Assembly: GCA_965199955.1 (NCBI GenBank) | Contig: CBDATQ010000001.1 | Coordinates: 288,001 to 352,000, forward strand | Reading direction: 5' to 3' | DNA from: Spirochaetia bacterium | GTDB taxonomy: Bacteria > Spirochaetota > Spirochaetia > SZUA-6 > Bin103 | Length of the DNA stretch: 64,000 nucleotides | In this document: positions 1 to 9,372 of the stretch, piece by piece | How positions within the stretch are numbered: the stretch's first letter is position 1 | Layout: every line of letters begins with the position of its first letter | Translations under genes and position numbers: made by a program | Notes under the pieces: generated by a model | Seen by the model: the letters and a program-made list of their open reading frames with translations, nothing else | The model's database searches: none | What the model was told of the DNA's origin: nothing

Positions 1-759
1 CCCGCCGGCAGCGAGGGTGAGGCGCTGTTGCGCACGGTGCTGGCCGATGCCGTGAGGGCGGCGGCTCGCACCGAAGGCGCCTACGACCCGACCATCCTGC
101 CGGTGGTGCGGCTGTGGGACTTCGACGACGGCGGCAGGCTGCCGTTGCCCGAGGCGCTGGCGTCCGCCGTTTCGCTGGTGGACTACACCACGGTCCGGGT
201 GACCGGCGCCCTGGCCCTGGCGCCGGGCCAGCAGGTGGACCTGGGCGGCGTCGGCAAGGGCGCGGTGGTCGACCTGATCGCCGATCACCTGGCCGGGCAG
301 GGCATCGAGCGGTTCCTGGTCGAGGCGGGCGGCGATCTGCTGGTCGCCGGCCTCAAGCCGGGCGAACGCCCCTGGCGTATCTGGATACAGCATCCGCGCA
401 CTCCCGACGCGGCGCTGGCGATCCTGGAGATCGGCGCAGCCGGCGAGCGCCGCGCCGTGGTCACCTCCGGCGACTACGAGCGCTACCTGGAGGTCGACGG
501 CGTCCGCTACCACCACATCCTGGATCCCGCGACCGGCTGGCCTGCGCGTCGGTCGGTGTCGGTGACCGTGATCTCCGCGCGCGCCGCCGAAGCCGACGCC
601 CTGGCCACCGGGCTGTTCGTCGCCGGCCCGGCCGGCCTCCCCTGGCTCGACGGCGATGCCGGCGTGCAGGCGCTGGTCGTCACGGAGACGGACGGCGAGC
701 TCCGCGCGCACGCGACCGCCGACTTCCCGGTCCCGGTCGGCGAGCTGAACCTCAACTGA
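1..759 (+). CDS. apbE: FAD:protein FMN transferase (ApbE family), 5'-truncated by window
   Basis: Motifs YDPTI, DLGGVGKG, EAGGD, VVTSGDYERY, YHHILDP, ADALAT; frame open from base 1. Confidence 0.92.
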   Translation, partial: PAGSEGEALLRTVLADAVRAAARTEGAYDPTILPVVRLWDFDDGGRLPLPEALASAVSLVDYTTVRVTGALALAPGQQVDLGGVGKGAVVDLIADHLAGQGIERFLVEAGGDLLVAGLKPGERPWRIWIQHPRTPDAALAILEIGAAGERRAVVTSGDYERYLEVDGVRYHHILDPATGWPARRSVSVTVISARAAEADALATGLFVAGPAGLPWLDGDAGVQALVVTETDGELRAHATADFPVPVGELNLN

Positions 760-806
760 GCTGGCCGGCGGATGAACGCAAGGCTATATTGCCGGCGGAG
801 GCTGGA

Positions 807-1448
807 ATGCACGCATCGGGCCGCGATCTGCCGCGCCGCTTTGACGACGAAGACGAAGAGGACCACGAACAGGACGAGGAGCGTGGCGACCGCGACGGGG
901 ATGGCGACGGCGACGATCTGGCCAGCCGGCTGCTCAAGAGCCGGTCGGTGCTGCTCTCGGGAGAGATCAACAAGCGCCTCGCCGAGCGGGTCATCAAGCA
1001 GCTCATCCTGCTGGAGGAGGCAGGTGAAGATCCGATCCGGGTATTCATCGACTCCCCCGGCGGCGACGCGGACGCCGGCTACGCGATCTTCGACATGCTG
1101 CGCTTCGTCAACCCGCCGGTGGTCACCATCGGCATGGGGCTGGTCGCCAGCGCCGCCGCCATAGTGCTGCTGGCCGCCCCGCGCGAGCGCCGCATCGGCC
1201 TGCCGAACTCCCACTACCTGATCCATCAGCCGCTGTCCGGCATCCGCGGCGTGGCCACCGAGATCGAGATCCACGCCCGCGAGCTGGAGAAGCTGCGCGC
1301 GAAGATCAACCAGATGATCGCCGAAGAGACCGGCCAGACGCTTGCGAAGGTCGAGCGCGACACCGACCGTGACTACTGGCTCAGCGCCGAGGAGGCGCAG
1401 GAGTACGGGCTGGTGTCGCGGATCATCGCACACCGCTCCGAACTGTAG
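807..1448 (+). CDS. clpP: ATP-dependent Clp protease proteolytic subunit with acidic N-terminus
   Basis: IDSPGG, GLVASAAA (Ser), IHQP (His), RDYWLSAEEAQEYGL; ATG 807 after GGAGG. Confidence 0.93.
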   Translation: MHASGRDLPRRFDDEDEEDHEQDEERGDRDGDGDGDDLASRLLKSRSVLLSGEINKRLAERVIKQLILLEEAGEDPIRVFIDSPGGDADAGYAIFDMLRFVNPPVVTIGMGLVASAAAIVLLAAPRERRIGLPNSHYLIHQPLSGIRGVATEIEIHARELEKLRAKINQMIAEETGQTLAKVERDTDRDYWLSAEEAQEYGLVSRIIAHRSEL

Positions 1449-1504
1449 TACCTCATCGAGCTGATGGCGCTGCCGCCGCGTGTCGAGGCGCGCGGCGCGA
1501 CGCT

Positions 1505-1640
1505 GCGGCCTGGCGCCCGCGGAGCTCTGGCCTGAAGTGGCACGGACGGCGCGCGCGCTCCATGAGCGGGGCAGGCGGATCGCCGCGGAGCGGGGCCTGA
1601 TCCTGGTGGATACCAAGTATGAGATGGGAATCCTGGACGG
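1505..1640 (+). pseudogene. purC: Internal fragment of SAICAR synthetase
   Basis: Translates ELWPEVARTARALHERGRRIAAERGLILVDTKYEMGILDG, the PurC GLILVDxKxEFG motif; no N- or C-terminal parts. Confidence 0.7.
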
Positions 1641-2662
1641 CAGCGCTCCTCGTCCTCCTCGTTCCATGGCCCGGTGCGCGGGTCGCGGCGGACACGGGGG
1701 CGATCAGCGTGCTCTCCTACAACGTCCAGAACCTGTTCGACGCCGTGGAGCAGGGCGCCGAGTACGACGAGTTCCGCGCCGGCCGCTGGGATGCGGCGCG
1801 CTACGCGGCGCGTCTGAATCGGATCGCCGCCGTGCTGCGCGACGTGCACCCCGGCGGCGCCGACATCCTCGCGCTGCAGGAAGTCGAGAACCGCCGCGCT
1901 GCCCTGGACCTGCGCGACCGCCTGCGCGACCTGGGCTACTCCCACGTGGTCGCCGTCCCGAACGACGGCGCCGATCTCGGGCTGACCCTGACGCCGGTGG
2001 TGCTGTCGCGCCTGCCGGTCCTGCGCGTGCGCCTGCACCGGGTGTGGCACGGCCGCCGCTCCCTGCGGCCGATCGTGGAGGCGGAGCTGGACCTCGGCGG
2101 CGGGCGGTCGCTGTTCCTGTTCAACAACCACTGGAAATCGAAGCGCGGCGGCGCCGAGGAGACGGCGCCGGCCAGGCGCGCCGCCGCCACCGTACTCGGC
2201 GATCGCATCCGGGAACTGCTGCGGATCGACCTGCTGGCCGACGTGCTGGTCACAGGCGACCTGAACGAGAGCGTGGACGATCACACCGCGGCCGGCTACC
2301 CGACCGCGCTGACCGGACTCCCGCGCGGCACGGCCGGCGTGCTGGCGATCACCGGCCGGCCGTTCGACGCACGGCCTGCGGCCGATGGCGTAGTCCTGTA
2401 CAGCCCCTGGCTGGAGCTGGAGGCGGCCGGGCGCGGCACGGTCGTGCACGGGGATGCCTGGGAGACCCCCGACCACTTCCTGCTGAGCGCCGGCCTGTTC
2501 GACCGGGAAGGCGTCTGGTACGCGCCCGGCGGCTTCGCCGTGATCCGCGACGGCCTGGTGTCGTCCGCCACCGGCCACCCGCGCCGCTGGATCGGCACGG
2601 ACGGCCACTCCGACCACCTGCCGATCCTCCTGCACCTGCGGCGCGAGGGTTCGCGTCAGTGA
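1619..2662 (+). CDS. Secreted endonuclease/exonuclease/phosphatase family protein
   Basis: SYNVQNLFD, ALQEVEN, NHWKSK, GDLNE, DHFLLS, SDHLPI motifs; hydrophobic N-terminus. Confidence 0.88.
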   Translation: MRWESWTAALLVLLVPWPGARVAADTGAISVLSYNVQNLFDAVEQGAEYDEFRAGRWDAARYAARLNRIAAVLRDVHPGGADILALQEVENRRAALDLRDRLRDLGYSHVVAVPNDGADLGLTLTPVVLSRLPVLRVRLHRVWHGRRSLRPIVEAELDLGGGRSLFLFNNHWKSKRGGAEETAPARRAAATVLGDRIRELLRIDLLADVLVTGDLNESVDDHTAAGYPTALTGLPRGTAGVLAITGRPFDARPAADGVVLYSPWLELEAAGRGTVVHGDAWETPDHFLLSAGLFDREGVWYAPGGFAVIRDGLVSSATGHPRRWIGTDGHSDHLPILLHLRREGSRQ

Positions 2663-2699
2663 TCACATCGACCCGTGTCCGCACGCTACACTGCGCGTC

Positions 2700-3989
2700 G
2701 TGGAGCGCTACGACTCATCCGCTGACTATCTGGGGGCGCTGGCCTCGCGCGGCGCCCTGCCGCCCGGGTTCGGGGTCGCCACCGCGGCCACCGCGTTCGA
2801 GCCCCCGGAACGTCCCGGCAACGAGCTGCCGATCCGGGTCACGCTGCTCATGGCGGACGAGCCGGCCGACGCCTTTGCGGCCACGCTGACGCGCAATACC
2901 CTGCGCGGGGCGCCGGTGCAGATCGTCGCCGACCTCCTGGCGCGGCGTGCGCCCGTGCGCGGCGTCGTGATCAACAACGCGGTCTCCAACGTGGGCGTCG
3001 CCACCGGCGTGGATGACGCCACGGCCGTCCTCGACCGCCTGGCCGCGGAGGCGGGCGCCGCCGGGCAGGCGTTCGCCCCCGCCTCCACCGGCGTGATCGG
3101 CTGGCGGCTTCCGTTCGATCCGATCTGCGCCGTCTTGCCCGGCCTTGTCGCCGCCTGCGCCCCCGGCAGCGTGGCGCCGGCGGCGCGGGCGATCATGACC
3201 ACCGACCGCTACCCCAAGGTGCGCGGCCGGCGGGCGGGAAACGCCACGGTGGTCGGCATCGCCAAGGGCGCCGGAATGATCGAGCCGTCGATGGCCACCA
3301 TGCTGGCGTTCCTGCTGACCGACGCCGCGGTCGACCGCGACACCCTGCAGGGCCTGCTGGACGACGCGGTGCGCGACAGCTTCAACCGCATCTCCGTGGA
3401 CGGCGACCAGAGCACCAGCGACATGGTGCTGGCGCTGAGCTCGCAGCGCGCGGAAGAGGTGCCGGAAGAGGCCCTCGCCGTGGCCATCGCCGGGGTCTGC
3501 CGCGACCTGGCCGGCGACATCGTCCGCAACGGCGAGGGGGTCGAGCACGTGATCAGAGTCGCGGTGAGCGCGCCGGGGACGGACGAGCGGGCTGCGGCCA
3601 TCGGCAAGGCGGTGGTCAACTCCCCGCTGGTCAAGACCGCCGTGAACGGCTGCGACCCCAACGTGGGACGGCTGGTCAGCTCCATCGGCGACCACCTCGG
3701 CACGCAGCCCGACCCGCCGCCGCTGGCAGGCGCCACCGTCCGCCTGGGCGGGGTCACGGTGTTCTCCCAAGGCGCGTTCCGGCTCGACGGGAGCAAGGAG
3801 GAGGCGCTGGCCGCCTACCTGCGGGAGCGGAGCATCGACCACGGGCTCGACTACCCGCCGCACGACCTCTCGGTGGAGATCGACGTCGAATTCGAGGCAT
3901 CCGCAGCCGGCCGCCGCGGGCACGCGGTGGTCCTGGGAGCCGATCTTTCGCACGGCTACGTCACGGAGAACGCGGACTATCGCTCATGA
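2700..3989 (+). CDS. argJ: Bifunctional ornithine acetyltransferase/N-acetylglutamate synthase
   Basis: ASTGVIG, IMTTD, KGAGMIEPSMATML, VDGDQSTSD, NSPLVKTA, ENADYRS. Confidence 0.95.
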   Translation: MERYDSSADYLGALASRGALPPGFGVATAATAFEPPERPGNELPIRVTLLMADEPADAFAATLTRNTLRGAPVQIVADLLARRAPVRGVVINNAVSNVGVATGVDDATAVLDRLAAEAGAAGQAFAPASTGVIGWRLPFDPICAVLPGLVAACAPGSVAPAARAIMTTDRYPKVRGRRAGNATVVGIAKGAGMIEPSMATMLAFLLTDAAVDRDTLQGLLDDAVRDSFNRISVDGDQSTSDMVLALSSQRAEEVPEEALAVAIAGVCRDLAGDIVRNGEGVEHVIRVAVSAPGTDERAAAIGKAVVNSPLVKTAVNGCDPNVGRLVSSIGDHLGTQPDPPPLAGATVRLGGVTVFSQGAFRLDGSKEEALAAYLRERSIDHGLDYPPHDLSVEIDVEFEASAAGRRGHAVVLGADLSHGYVTENADYRS

Positions 3990-4164
3990 GCTCCGCCGCG
4001 GAGCGGCTGCCTGCCCGCCGGCCGGATGAACCTCGGCGTGGCCGTGCGGGCGCCGCGTTGCGGCATGCCGCCTGCCGTGCTACGCTGCTCCATCTCCCTG
4101 GACCCCGTCGCCACGGTGGCGAACGTCGTCCGAGTGAACCCCTGGATCGAGGCAATGAGCGCCC

Positions 4165-4194
4165 TTGACAACGCCTTGACCGGCGCACGATACT
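4165..4194 (+). promoter_or_regulatory. Putative sigma70 promoter upstream of the large lipoprotein gene
   Basis: TTGACA (4165-4170), 18 nt, GATACT (4189-4194). Confidence 0.4.
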
Positions 4195-4719
4195 ATACAG
4201 GGTAACGATTTCAACGTCCTGGGAGGGGTCAGCGAAATGAGGCTGTTGGAACGGTCAAGACCGTGTCGCGATATGCCGATTACTCAGTATGGAGTGGTCC
4301 GTGGAGGGGTTCTGTACGCTGACCGACAGGGCGGGTCCAGCATGAGCGACGCTGTGCGCAGCAGGGTTCGGTTCCCGACTCCTTCGAAGGGGCGCGGGGT
4401 TGACGGAAGCGCGGATGCCGTGGTATCTCGCTGACTTCATGGCTTTCCATCGGGTGACCATCGCCCCGGAGCCTCATGCGACCACGCGGTTCTCCGTGGG
4501 TGCAGCGCGGCCGGACGCGCGTTCGCGCGTCGCTACAGACATGATTCAGGTTGGCCGGCCCCAGGAGGCCGGCAGTCGCATTCAACGTGACAAAGGAAAG
4601 GAGGTAGGGCTATCTCAGCAAGGGGTGTACGGATCAGGGGGACGCCGGGGCAAGCCTCGGCGTCATCGCATCGGAAATGGCCGCGTCGAACCAACTTCGC
4701 GGCGCAAGGAGACACACAT

Positions 4720-7700
4720 ATGACTTCATTCAAGCGCTGGTTTGGGGCTGGCGCGATCGTTGTGGCGGCACTCGTGCTGGTCGCCTGCCCCGGAATGGCG
4801 CCTAGCGTCACGAAGGAGATCCCCAACATGCAGTTAGCTGCTGGGGCAACCGAGGCAGAGACGATCCAGCTCGACAGCTACTTCAAGGTTGACCGGGACG
4901 CCACGTATGGGGCGACCTCGGACAATACCGACGTAGTAACTGTTGATGTTGCGGGCGCCCTCCTCACGGTGACGCCGAAAGGAACCGCCGGCACCGCCAA
5001 TGTGCAGGTCACGGCATCGAAGGGCGGCACTGATCCTGTATCGCAGTCGTTCTCGGTGACGGTAGCCGAGCCGTCTACTCCGACGGTGAACAATCCCCCG
5101 GCGATACGGACGGTCATTCAGCCGATGACCATTCAGCTCGGCTCGTCGAAGACGCTCGAGCTGTCGGATTACTACCTGGACGTCGAGAACGATACGCTGA
5201 CGTATGCCGCCACCGTATCGAACAATCCCTCGGTCGCGACGATCAGCCGCGCCAACTCGATGATCACGATCACCGGGGCGGTTGTGGGCACTGCGACGAT
5301 CACCGTCACCGCAGCGGACGGCCCGGGCCGTGCCGTGCCGCAGATGTTCGACGTAACAGTCGCGGTTGAACAGGATAACAATCAACCTCGACAAATTGAC
5401 GACATCCGGCCCCCGACCGGTCTGATGTACGGAGGCGAGGCGGACGTTGACCTGTCGCCGTACTTCATTGACGACGACGGCGACGACATCACGTACTCGG
5501 TTGATTCGAGCAACACGAATGTCGTGACGGTCAGCGTGTCCGGATCGATAGTCAGGGTCGAGGTAGTTAGTCACGGCACGGCCAGGATCATCGTCACCGC
5601 CAAGGACCCGTCCAACGAACCGGTAACGGCATGGTTCGACGTAACGGTGGACAATCAGCCCCCGATGGCTACCGACGCCAACAGGCAGCTCTCTCTGAGC
5701 CTCGTGTCACCTGACAACATGAGCGAGCAAGACCTGAGTCGTCACTTCACGGACCTCGAAGGTGACGCACTGACGTATAGCGTTGATTCGGTCGAGCCCG
5801 AAGGCGTCCTGATGACCCCTGCGGTATCCGGCTCGACGCTCGTGCTCACGGCCCTTGGTGCCGGCACCGCGGACGTTGAGGTCCGTGCAGAGGAAACGGG
5901 CTTGAAGAGCAACGCCACGACGAAAACCTTTCGAGTCGTGGTTACTGCTGTGCCGAACGAGAGGCCGAGGATAGTAGGCGACGGAATCCCGGACCAGCCT
6001 CCTCTGAAGCTGCTTGTCATGAACATGATGGAGAGCGTGACGTCAGAGCCGATCGACCTGTCGATGTACTTCATGGATCCGGATGAAATGCCGTCGCCGC
6101 TGACGTATACCGATAGCTCGAACATCTCGGGCATGAAGACGACGATCGAAGGCTCGATGCTGACGATCACGGCAGACGCTGCCGGCACGACGATGATCAC
6201 CGTCACAGCTACGGACGGCGTAGAAAGCGTTAGTGACAAGTTCTCCGTGATGGTAACGGCTCCGGACGCGCCGACGCGGACCGGCCCACCACCGGGTGTC
6301 CAGACCTTTGCGTCGTCTAACGCGGAAGCCATGGATATCGAGCTTGACGGCTACTTCCATGGTGCAACGGGCTACGAGGCTGAATCGGACGACGAAACCG
6401 TTGTAACGGCGAGTGTGTCGAATTCGACGGTGACGCTGACGCCGGAAGGCGCAGGCACTGCGCTCGTGACGGTCACGGCGCAAAACAGTGGAGATGAGGT
6501 AGCAACCCTGATCTTCAGGGTGAAGGTGTCAGATCCGGTAGTGGCAGCGCCGACTGTCAAAAGTCCGATTCGAGATCAGACCGTTGTGATTGGCGACGCT
6601 CCCTTGATGATCGATGTTTCCGTGAACTTCTCGGATGCAACGGACTACGATGCGCTGTGTCTTGACGATGCCAAGTGCACGGCCGAGGTAACAGCCGCCG
6701 GGATGCTCACGCTGACTGCGGGCACGCAGTATGGCACGACCAACGTGTGGGTAAGGGCTTTCAACGATGCGGGCTCTGTACCGGATGAGTTCGAGGCGGA
6801 GGTGCAGGCGAAGCCGACATTGAAGAAGATCTTCGAAGACTGGTACATCCACGTTAACCCCGGCGAATTCAACACAAAGCCAATTATGGCCGTGAAGGCG
6901 AAGGATTACGTCACCGATCCCGATGGGGAAGATGAGAAGCTTCAGTTCATGGTGACGTCGAGCGATAAGGCTATCTTAGAGGCTCAGGAAGCCGAAGACG
7001 GCGCGTGGTCCATCAAATTTCTGGCGTTCGGCATAGCGACTGTCACGGTCACGGCTACCGACGAGGACATGAATGTCGCAAGTTGGACGTACGAGGTGAC
7101 GGTAGTCGGCGGAAACGAGCGCCCGACGGCGTTGCCACGTAGCGGATTGATCAAGAACGTCAGCGGCAATCCCAAAGATACGAAATTGTACATCGGTGAG
7201 ATAGCGACCGTGATCGACGAAATTTTGGTCGGGAGATTGTTCGATGACTCAGATTTCGTGAGAGGCGATGAGCTGACCTTCGAACTGGGGGTGTACAAGG
7301 GTGGCACCGATATCGGAAAAATCATCGATACCGACGGTAGAAAGATAGCCATGGAGCCGCTTGCACCGGACAAGGCTCAGGTCAGTGGCGTCGTGTCGAT
7401 CAACGGCGACTCGTCGACGCCGAAGTGGGGCGGCGATGCGAGCAAGATCACCGTCACGTTGACGGCGTTGAGAGGTGGTACCACCACAGATCGCGTTTGG
7501 ATCATAGCGACGGACAGGCGCGGACGTTCGGCCGCGCAATACGTCGACGTACATGTGAATAGCGTGCTGAAGAGCGAAGGTGCGCAAGCGGATCTGCAGA
7601 AGCGGGCAAAGCTCAGTGGCCAGGGCGATCAAAAAGCCGTTGTGTCTGGGGGGAGCGCCAGGAACGACGCCGGCGTTGTCTTAATGACATGGGACGGCGT

Positions 7701-8073
7701 TCTCGCCGACAACCCTTTCGGTGATAACCCGGGGAGCAACGTGAGGACGATCAAGCTTTTGGCAACGAACGGAGGACATTTCCATGACCCTGATGGTGAT
7801 ATTGTCGAATGCTCCTACGTTCGGTACCCGGAGGAAGGGGCGGAGTTGGGCCCGCCGGAAGAGCGGTATCCCGTAGCGAAGGTAAGCATGCACTCGGAAG
7901 GGCACACGCTAACGATCGAGCCTACAGAGACGCCTCCAATTGGGATGACAAGGTTGATGTTGACAGTGACTGTTACATGTCAGGAGAGACTCAAGGCCGA
8001 TGGTAAGGTCGTCGCGCACGAAACGGATACGCTGACGATAGGAGTAACGGGGAGGACCTTCTCCGTACAATAG
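4720..8073 (+). CDS. Large surface lipoprotein with about 9-10 cadherin/Ig-like beta-sandwich repeats
   Basis: Lipobox LVAC; recurring N-x-P-P...YFxDxDGDxLTY...GTAxITVTAxD units; AAGGAG RBS. Confidence 0.85.
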   Translation: MTSFKRWFGAGAIVVAALVLVACPGMAPSVTKEIPNMQLAAGATEAETIQLDSYFKVDRDATYGATSDNTDVVTVDVAGALLTVTPKGTAGTANVQVTASKGGTDPVSQSFSVTVAEPSTPTVNNPPAIRTVIQPMTIQLGSSKTLELSDYYLDVENDTLTYAATVSNNPSVATISRANSMITITGAVVGTATITVTAADGPGRAVPQMFDVTVAVEQDNNQPRQIDDIRPPTGLMYGGEADVDLSPYFIDDDGDDITYSVDSSNTNVVTVSVSGSIVRVEVVSHGTARIIVTAKDPSNEPVTAWFDVTVDNQPPMATDANRQLSLSLVSPDNMSEQDLSRHFTDLEGDALTYSVDSVEPEGVLMTPAVSGSTLVLTALGAGTADVEVRAEETGLKSNATTKTFRVVVTAVPNERPRIVGDGIPDQPPLKLLVMNMMESVTSEPIDLSMYFMDPDEMPSPLTYTDSSNISGMKTTIEGSMLTITADAAGTTMITVTATDGVESVSDKFSVMVTAPDAPTRTGPPPGVQTFASSNAEAMDIELDGYFHGATGYEAESDDETVVTASVSNSTVTLTPEGAGTALVTVTAQNSGDEVATLIFRVKVSDPVVAAPTVKSPIRDQTVVIGDAPLMIDVSVNFSDATDYDALCLDDAKCTAEVTAAGMLTLTAGTQYGTTNVWVRAFNDAGSVPDEFEAEVQAKPTLKKIFEDWYIHVNPGEFNTKPIMAVKAKDYVTDPDGEDEKLQFMVTSSDKAILEAQEAEDGAWSIKFLAFGIATVTVTATDEDMNVASWTYEVTVVGGNERPTALPRSGLIKNVSGNPKDTKLYIGEIATVIDEILVGRLFDDSDFVRGDELTFELGVYKGGTDIGKIIDTDGRKIAMEPLAPDKAQVSGVVSINGDSSTPKWGGDASKITVTLTALRGGTTTDRVWIIATDRRGRSAAQYVDVHVNSVLKSEGAQADLQKRAKLSGQGDQKAVVSGGSARNDAGVVLMTWDGVLADNPFGDNPGSNVRTIKLLATNGGHFHDPDGDIVECSYVRYPEEGAELGPPEERYPVAKVSMHSEGHTLTIEPTETPPIGMTRLMLTVTVTCQERLKADGKVVAHETDTLTIGVTGRTFSVQ

Positions 8074-8095
8074 ACTTACTGGTTACGGCGTTTGC

Positions 8096-8130
8096 GCCGC
8101 CGGGGGCTTTGGCCCCCGGCGGCTTTTTTT
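8096..8130 (+). terminator. Rho-independent terminator
   Basis: 12-bp stem GCCGCCGGGGGC-TTTG-GCCCCCGGCGGC followed by T7. Confidence 0.92.
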
Positions 8131-8131
8131 G

Positions 8132-8600
8132 TTGCGCCCGGCATGGGCGTTCACCAGGACCTGCGGCGTGCGCGGAGCATGACAAGTCCTCTTACCGACC
8201 CGGCAGGGGGAACGGGGGAGTCGAAGGCAACGCTTGCCTGTCGCGAGGCGGGATCTGAAGGAAGCCGGACGCATACCGCTGGCCCGGCGAACAGGAGCCA
8301 CATAGGAGGCAGCCGCGTTGGACCAGGGGCCAAAGGACTGAAGTTCAGTACCTGCACGGAAAGCGCGGACGTATATGCGGCGGGCATAAGCGGGAAGGCG
8401 GAAGTTCTTATCCGGGAAAGTCTGACGGCGGGTCGCCGGGGAGGCGACGCGGAGCATGGGAAGGGTGTGGCCGAGCCGTCAGAAGTGAGCAGAAGGAATA
8501 GTGGGTCGGCGTGACGCTGCCGAAGGCCCGAACACGGAACCGGGGTCGACGCCCGAACCTCGATGACGAGGGAGACTCTGGATAGTATCGCTGAGATGCC
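8132..8600 (+). mobile_element. Group IIC intron, 5' remnant (domains I-III; no RT ORF, no DV/DVI)
   Basis: Begins TTGCGCCCGGCATGGG right after the terminator U-tract; contains IIC-typical segments ATCTGAAGGAAGC, CATAGGAGGC, TTCTTATCCGGGAAAGTCTG, AGAAGTGAGCAGAAGGAATAGT, CCGAAGGCCCGAAC. Confidence 0.8.
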
Positions 8601-8619
8601 CGAATCTGCCGGGCGGTCG

Positions 8620-8700
8620 TTTCGCTTCAGCGCCACCGTCTTGGGCCGATCGAACACCGCGCACAGCGGCACTCCGCCGAACCGCACGAAGTGCTCGGCC
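8620..8700 (-). pseudogene. IS21-family transposase (IstA) fragment
   Basis: HFVRFGGVPLCAVFDRPKTVALK resembles the IstA FGGVP...D-x-x-KT core. Confidence 0.55.
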
Positions 8701-8849
8701 GTTGTCCTTGCATATCCATCGCGTCTTCCTGTGGTCGTGGCGATTCGTCAGCCCGCGCCGCCAGTTCCGCCATGCTCAGCAGATCAACCACGCGAAGCGG
8801 CGATCGACCTGCCGAGATCGCCACGAACGGATCGCCGGCCGCTGCGCTG

Positions 8850-9225
8850 GTTCATTTCTCCGGCAGCGATAGCAGCTCGCCGTCGCTATCTCCATAGAAC
8901 ACCCGATCCTCGGCCCAACAGCGGCTGTACCGCAGGAGTTCCGCAGCGCCGGCAGGAGATCCCGATCCGCACCTTCGCCGACTGGAACGAACAGGAGCCG
9001 GGCTTCTTCGAGATCGACCGAATGGGCCACGACGGCGGCGATGCCCCGGGCGAGTTCTGCCGCACGCTGACCATCACGGACGTCGACACCGGCTGTGTCG
9101 ACACCTGCACGGGCTGAAGAACAAGGCGCAGCGTTGGACCCACGACACCTGCTACGTCGAGCAGAAGAACGGCCACGTGGTGCGCCGCGCGGTCGGATAC
9201 CTGCGCCACGACACCGACGAGCGAT
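8850..9225 (+). pseudogene. Degraded integrase-core transposase (ISNCY/IS481-like)
   Basis: IPIRTFADWNEQEPGFFEID...GEFCRTLTITDVDTG, then frameshifted KNKAQRW and CYVEQKNGHVVRRAVGYLRHDT; internal deletion and stop. Confidence 0.75.
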
Positions 9226-9297
9226 GCTTCGATGCAGGCCCAGGGGTTGCTATGGATGCCGAGGACGGCTCGCTAACCGTGCCCGCTCAACACCATG

Positions 9298-9372
9298 TCG
9301 GCGGTTGCCTGCTCCGCCGAACCTGACCTATCGTTGGCGGGCACGGGAACGAAGGCATGGCTACGCTCACGC
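9298..9372 (+). repeat. 75-bp direct repeat, copy 1 (hairpin, upstream region and MATLT start)
   Basis: Identical to 11963-12037. Confidence 0.95.

Noticed and set aside
114..806. Long N-terminal extensions in the ORF track (clpP, infA, glnS, larA, second helicase, methyltransferase)
   Set aside because: They overlap upstream genes; RBS or -10 position and homology indicate later starts
4720..9300. Diversity-generating retroelement acting on the large lipoprotein
   Set aside because: No RT ORF and no TR/VR pair differing at adenines was seen; the downstream RNA resembles a group IIC intron
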